This document shows positions 62,905 through 64,000 of a stretch of DNA of 64,000 nucleotides, one piece after another. The first letter of the stretch is position 1. Every line of letters starts with the position of its first letter. Under the pieces are notes generated by a model. It was not told the origin of the DNA. It did not search any database and saw nothing but the letters and a program-made list of their open reading frames with translations. The stretch is from Utricularia gibba (taxonomy: Eukaryota > Plantae > Magnoliophyta): positions 3,286,001 through 3,350,000 of the forward strand of contig CM007992.1 in the NCBI GenBank assembly GCA_002189035.1, given 5' to 3'. Position numbers and translations under genes: made by a program.

Positions 62905-64000
62905 AACGAGATGATGAGCTCGACGGGAGGTGCGGAACAGGATGGAATCTTTGATTTCTGCTGCGATCCGGAGTTGTTCGGTGAAAATATTCACAACTCG
63001 GAGGTCGCATCAAGCTCGAATTGTTGCCAAGAGGACGAAAGCGCCGCCGCAGCCCCGGTTTCCGCCGCCGCCGTCAACGATGAAATAAAGCAGCCGGAGA
63101 GACTGGTATTCAACGAAGATCAGGTCGACAACGAGGTCTTGGGGTCGATCCACTTCACGGCGCCGCCGTATTTAGAAAATGCGGCTGCTTCTTCCGAAAT
63201 CTGTTTAGAGAATCAGAACATGACGGGGGTGGTTCTGGGTGGTGCTCTAGTTTCGCAGCTCAATTTCCAGCGATGGCTTCCCAGCTTGCTCCGCCGCCTC
63301 TAGAAGAAGAATGCCTGCCACCCTACTTCCGGATCAGAAATTCACAGGAAGCTTGCACCTTAATGGACCCAATGATGGGGCAATATCTGACCGCTCCTCC
63401 ATTTTCTTCATCTGAAACAGCAGGAATTTTCCCCTGCGGGATCCTGGGAAATGACTTTTCAAATCAAGAGCTTGACTTTCAAGGAGATAATGGTGGATTT
63501 TTCCTATCTGATACACTTCCAAGAGTCTTCAACTGCTCAAATGAACTCCAGGTACTATTTTTCAGCAACTAGAACCACAAAAAAAGTTGAATCTTGTTTA
63601 CATTTATCCTCCCATGTTAAATGGTCTCTTTCTTGGATCAAGGCACTTAATTGTGATGGGCAACTTCCTGCCCATGGCGGAGCAGGCACTAATCCTCTTG
63701 CATCAGACATTTCTAGTCTTGAAGATCCCACCTTCAAGGTTGGAAAGTTATCAGCAGAAGAGAGGAAAAGAAAGATTCAAAGATACCTCAAGAAGCGGAA
63801 CGAGAGAAATTTCAGCAAGAAAATCAAGGTGCTAACATTCATTCACTCATTCATTCTACGTATCAACATAAGAGACTTCAAAACATACAGTATGCTTGCC
63901 GAAAAACGCTAGCAGACAGCAGGCCAAGAGTGAGGGGACGGTTCGCAAAGAATGATGAACTGGGAGAGCTTGCTAGAACGACAGGGAGCAACCAGGAAGA
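62905..64000 (+). CDS. CCT-motif family (CMF) protein, partial (3' end outside window, first exon uncertain), one apparent -1 frameshift
   Basis: Exons 62905-63550, 63641-63829 and 63891->64000. N-terminal IFDFCCDPELF...SEVASSSNCC; QELDFQGDNGG; CCT domain RKIQRYLKKRNERNFSKKIK|YACRKTLADSRPRVRGRFAKN. Frame change between about 63220 and 63275. Confidence 0.88.

Noticed and set aside
1-64000. CRISPR arrays, tRNA genes, autonomous transposase or retroelement ORFs
   Set aside because: None seen: no regularly spaced repeat-spacer structure, cloverleaf, or RT/integrase/transposase motifs.

Overview
Gene-dense plant nuclear DNA, probably an asterid/Lamiales-type eudicot (inferred from the MAAYAxLxSL-type CC-NLR and the CYP76 array). 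It carries about 18 protein-coding loci, most with short introns (about 60-90 bp). In order: PPR protein, PUB30/31-like U-box E3, GH31 alpha-glucosidase, two tandem DMP (DUF679) genes, ERT2-like, 3-hydroxyisobutyrate dehydrogenase, GHR1 LRR pseudokinase, KAB1, pectate lyase, three tandem divergent CYP76 P450s, AMT1, a folate-biopterin transporter, ACD11, an uncharacterised membrane protein, a singleton CC-NB-LRR, a decayed PDLP and a CCT-motif gene running off the right end. Features the ORF track does not show: (i) two intron-retaining, internally deleted BLISTER-like gene remnants interleaved with the P450 array; (ii) a transition-eroded 25S rRNA fragment; (iii) three GC-AG introns; (iv) at least 11 apparent -1 frameshifts in otherwise intact genes, nearly all in homopolymers and most likely sequencing-consensus errors, whereas PDLP has non-homopolymer lesions that look like real decay. 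All family assignments come from recalled motifs, not database searches.
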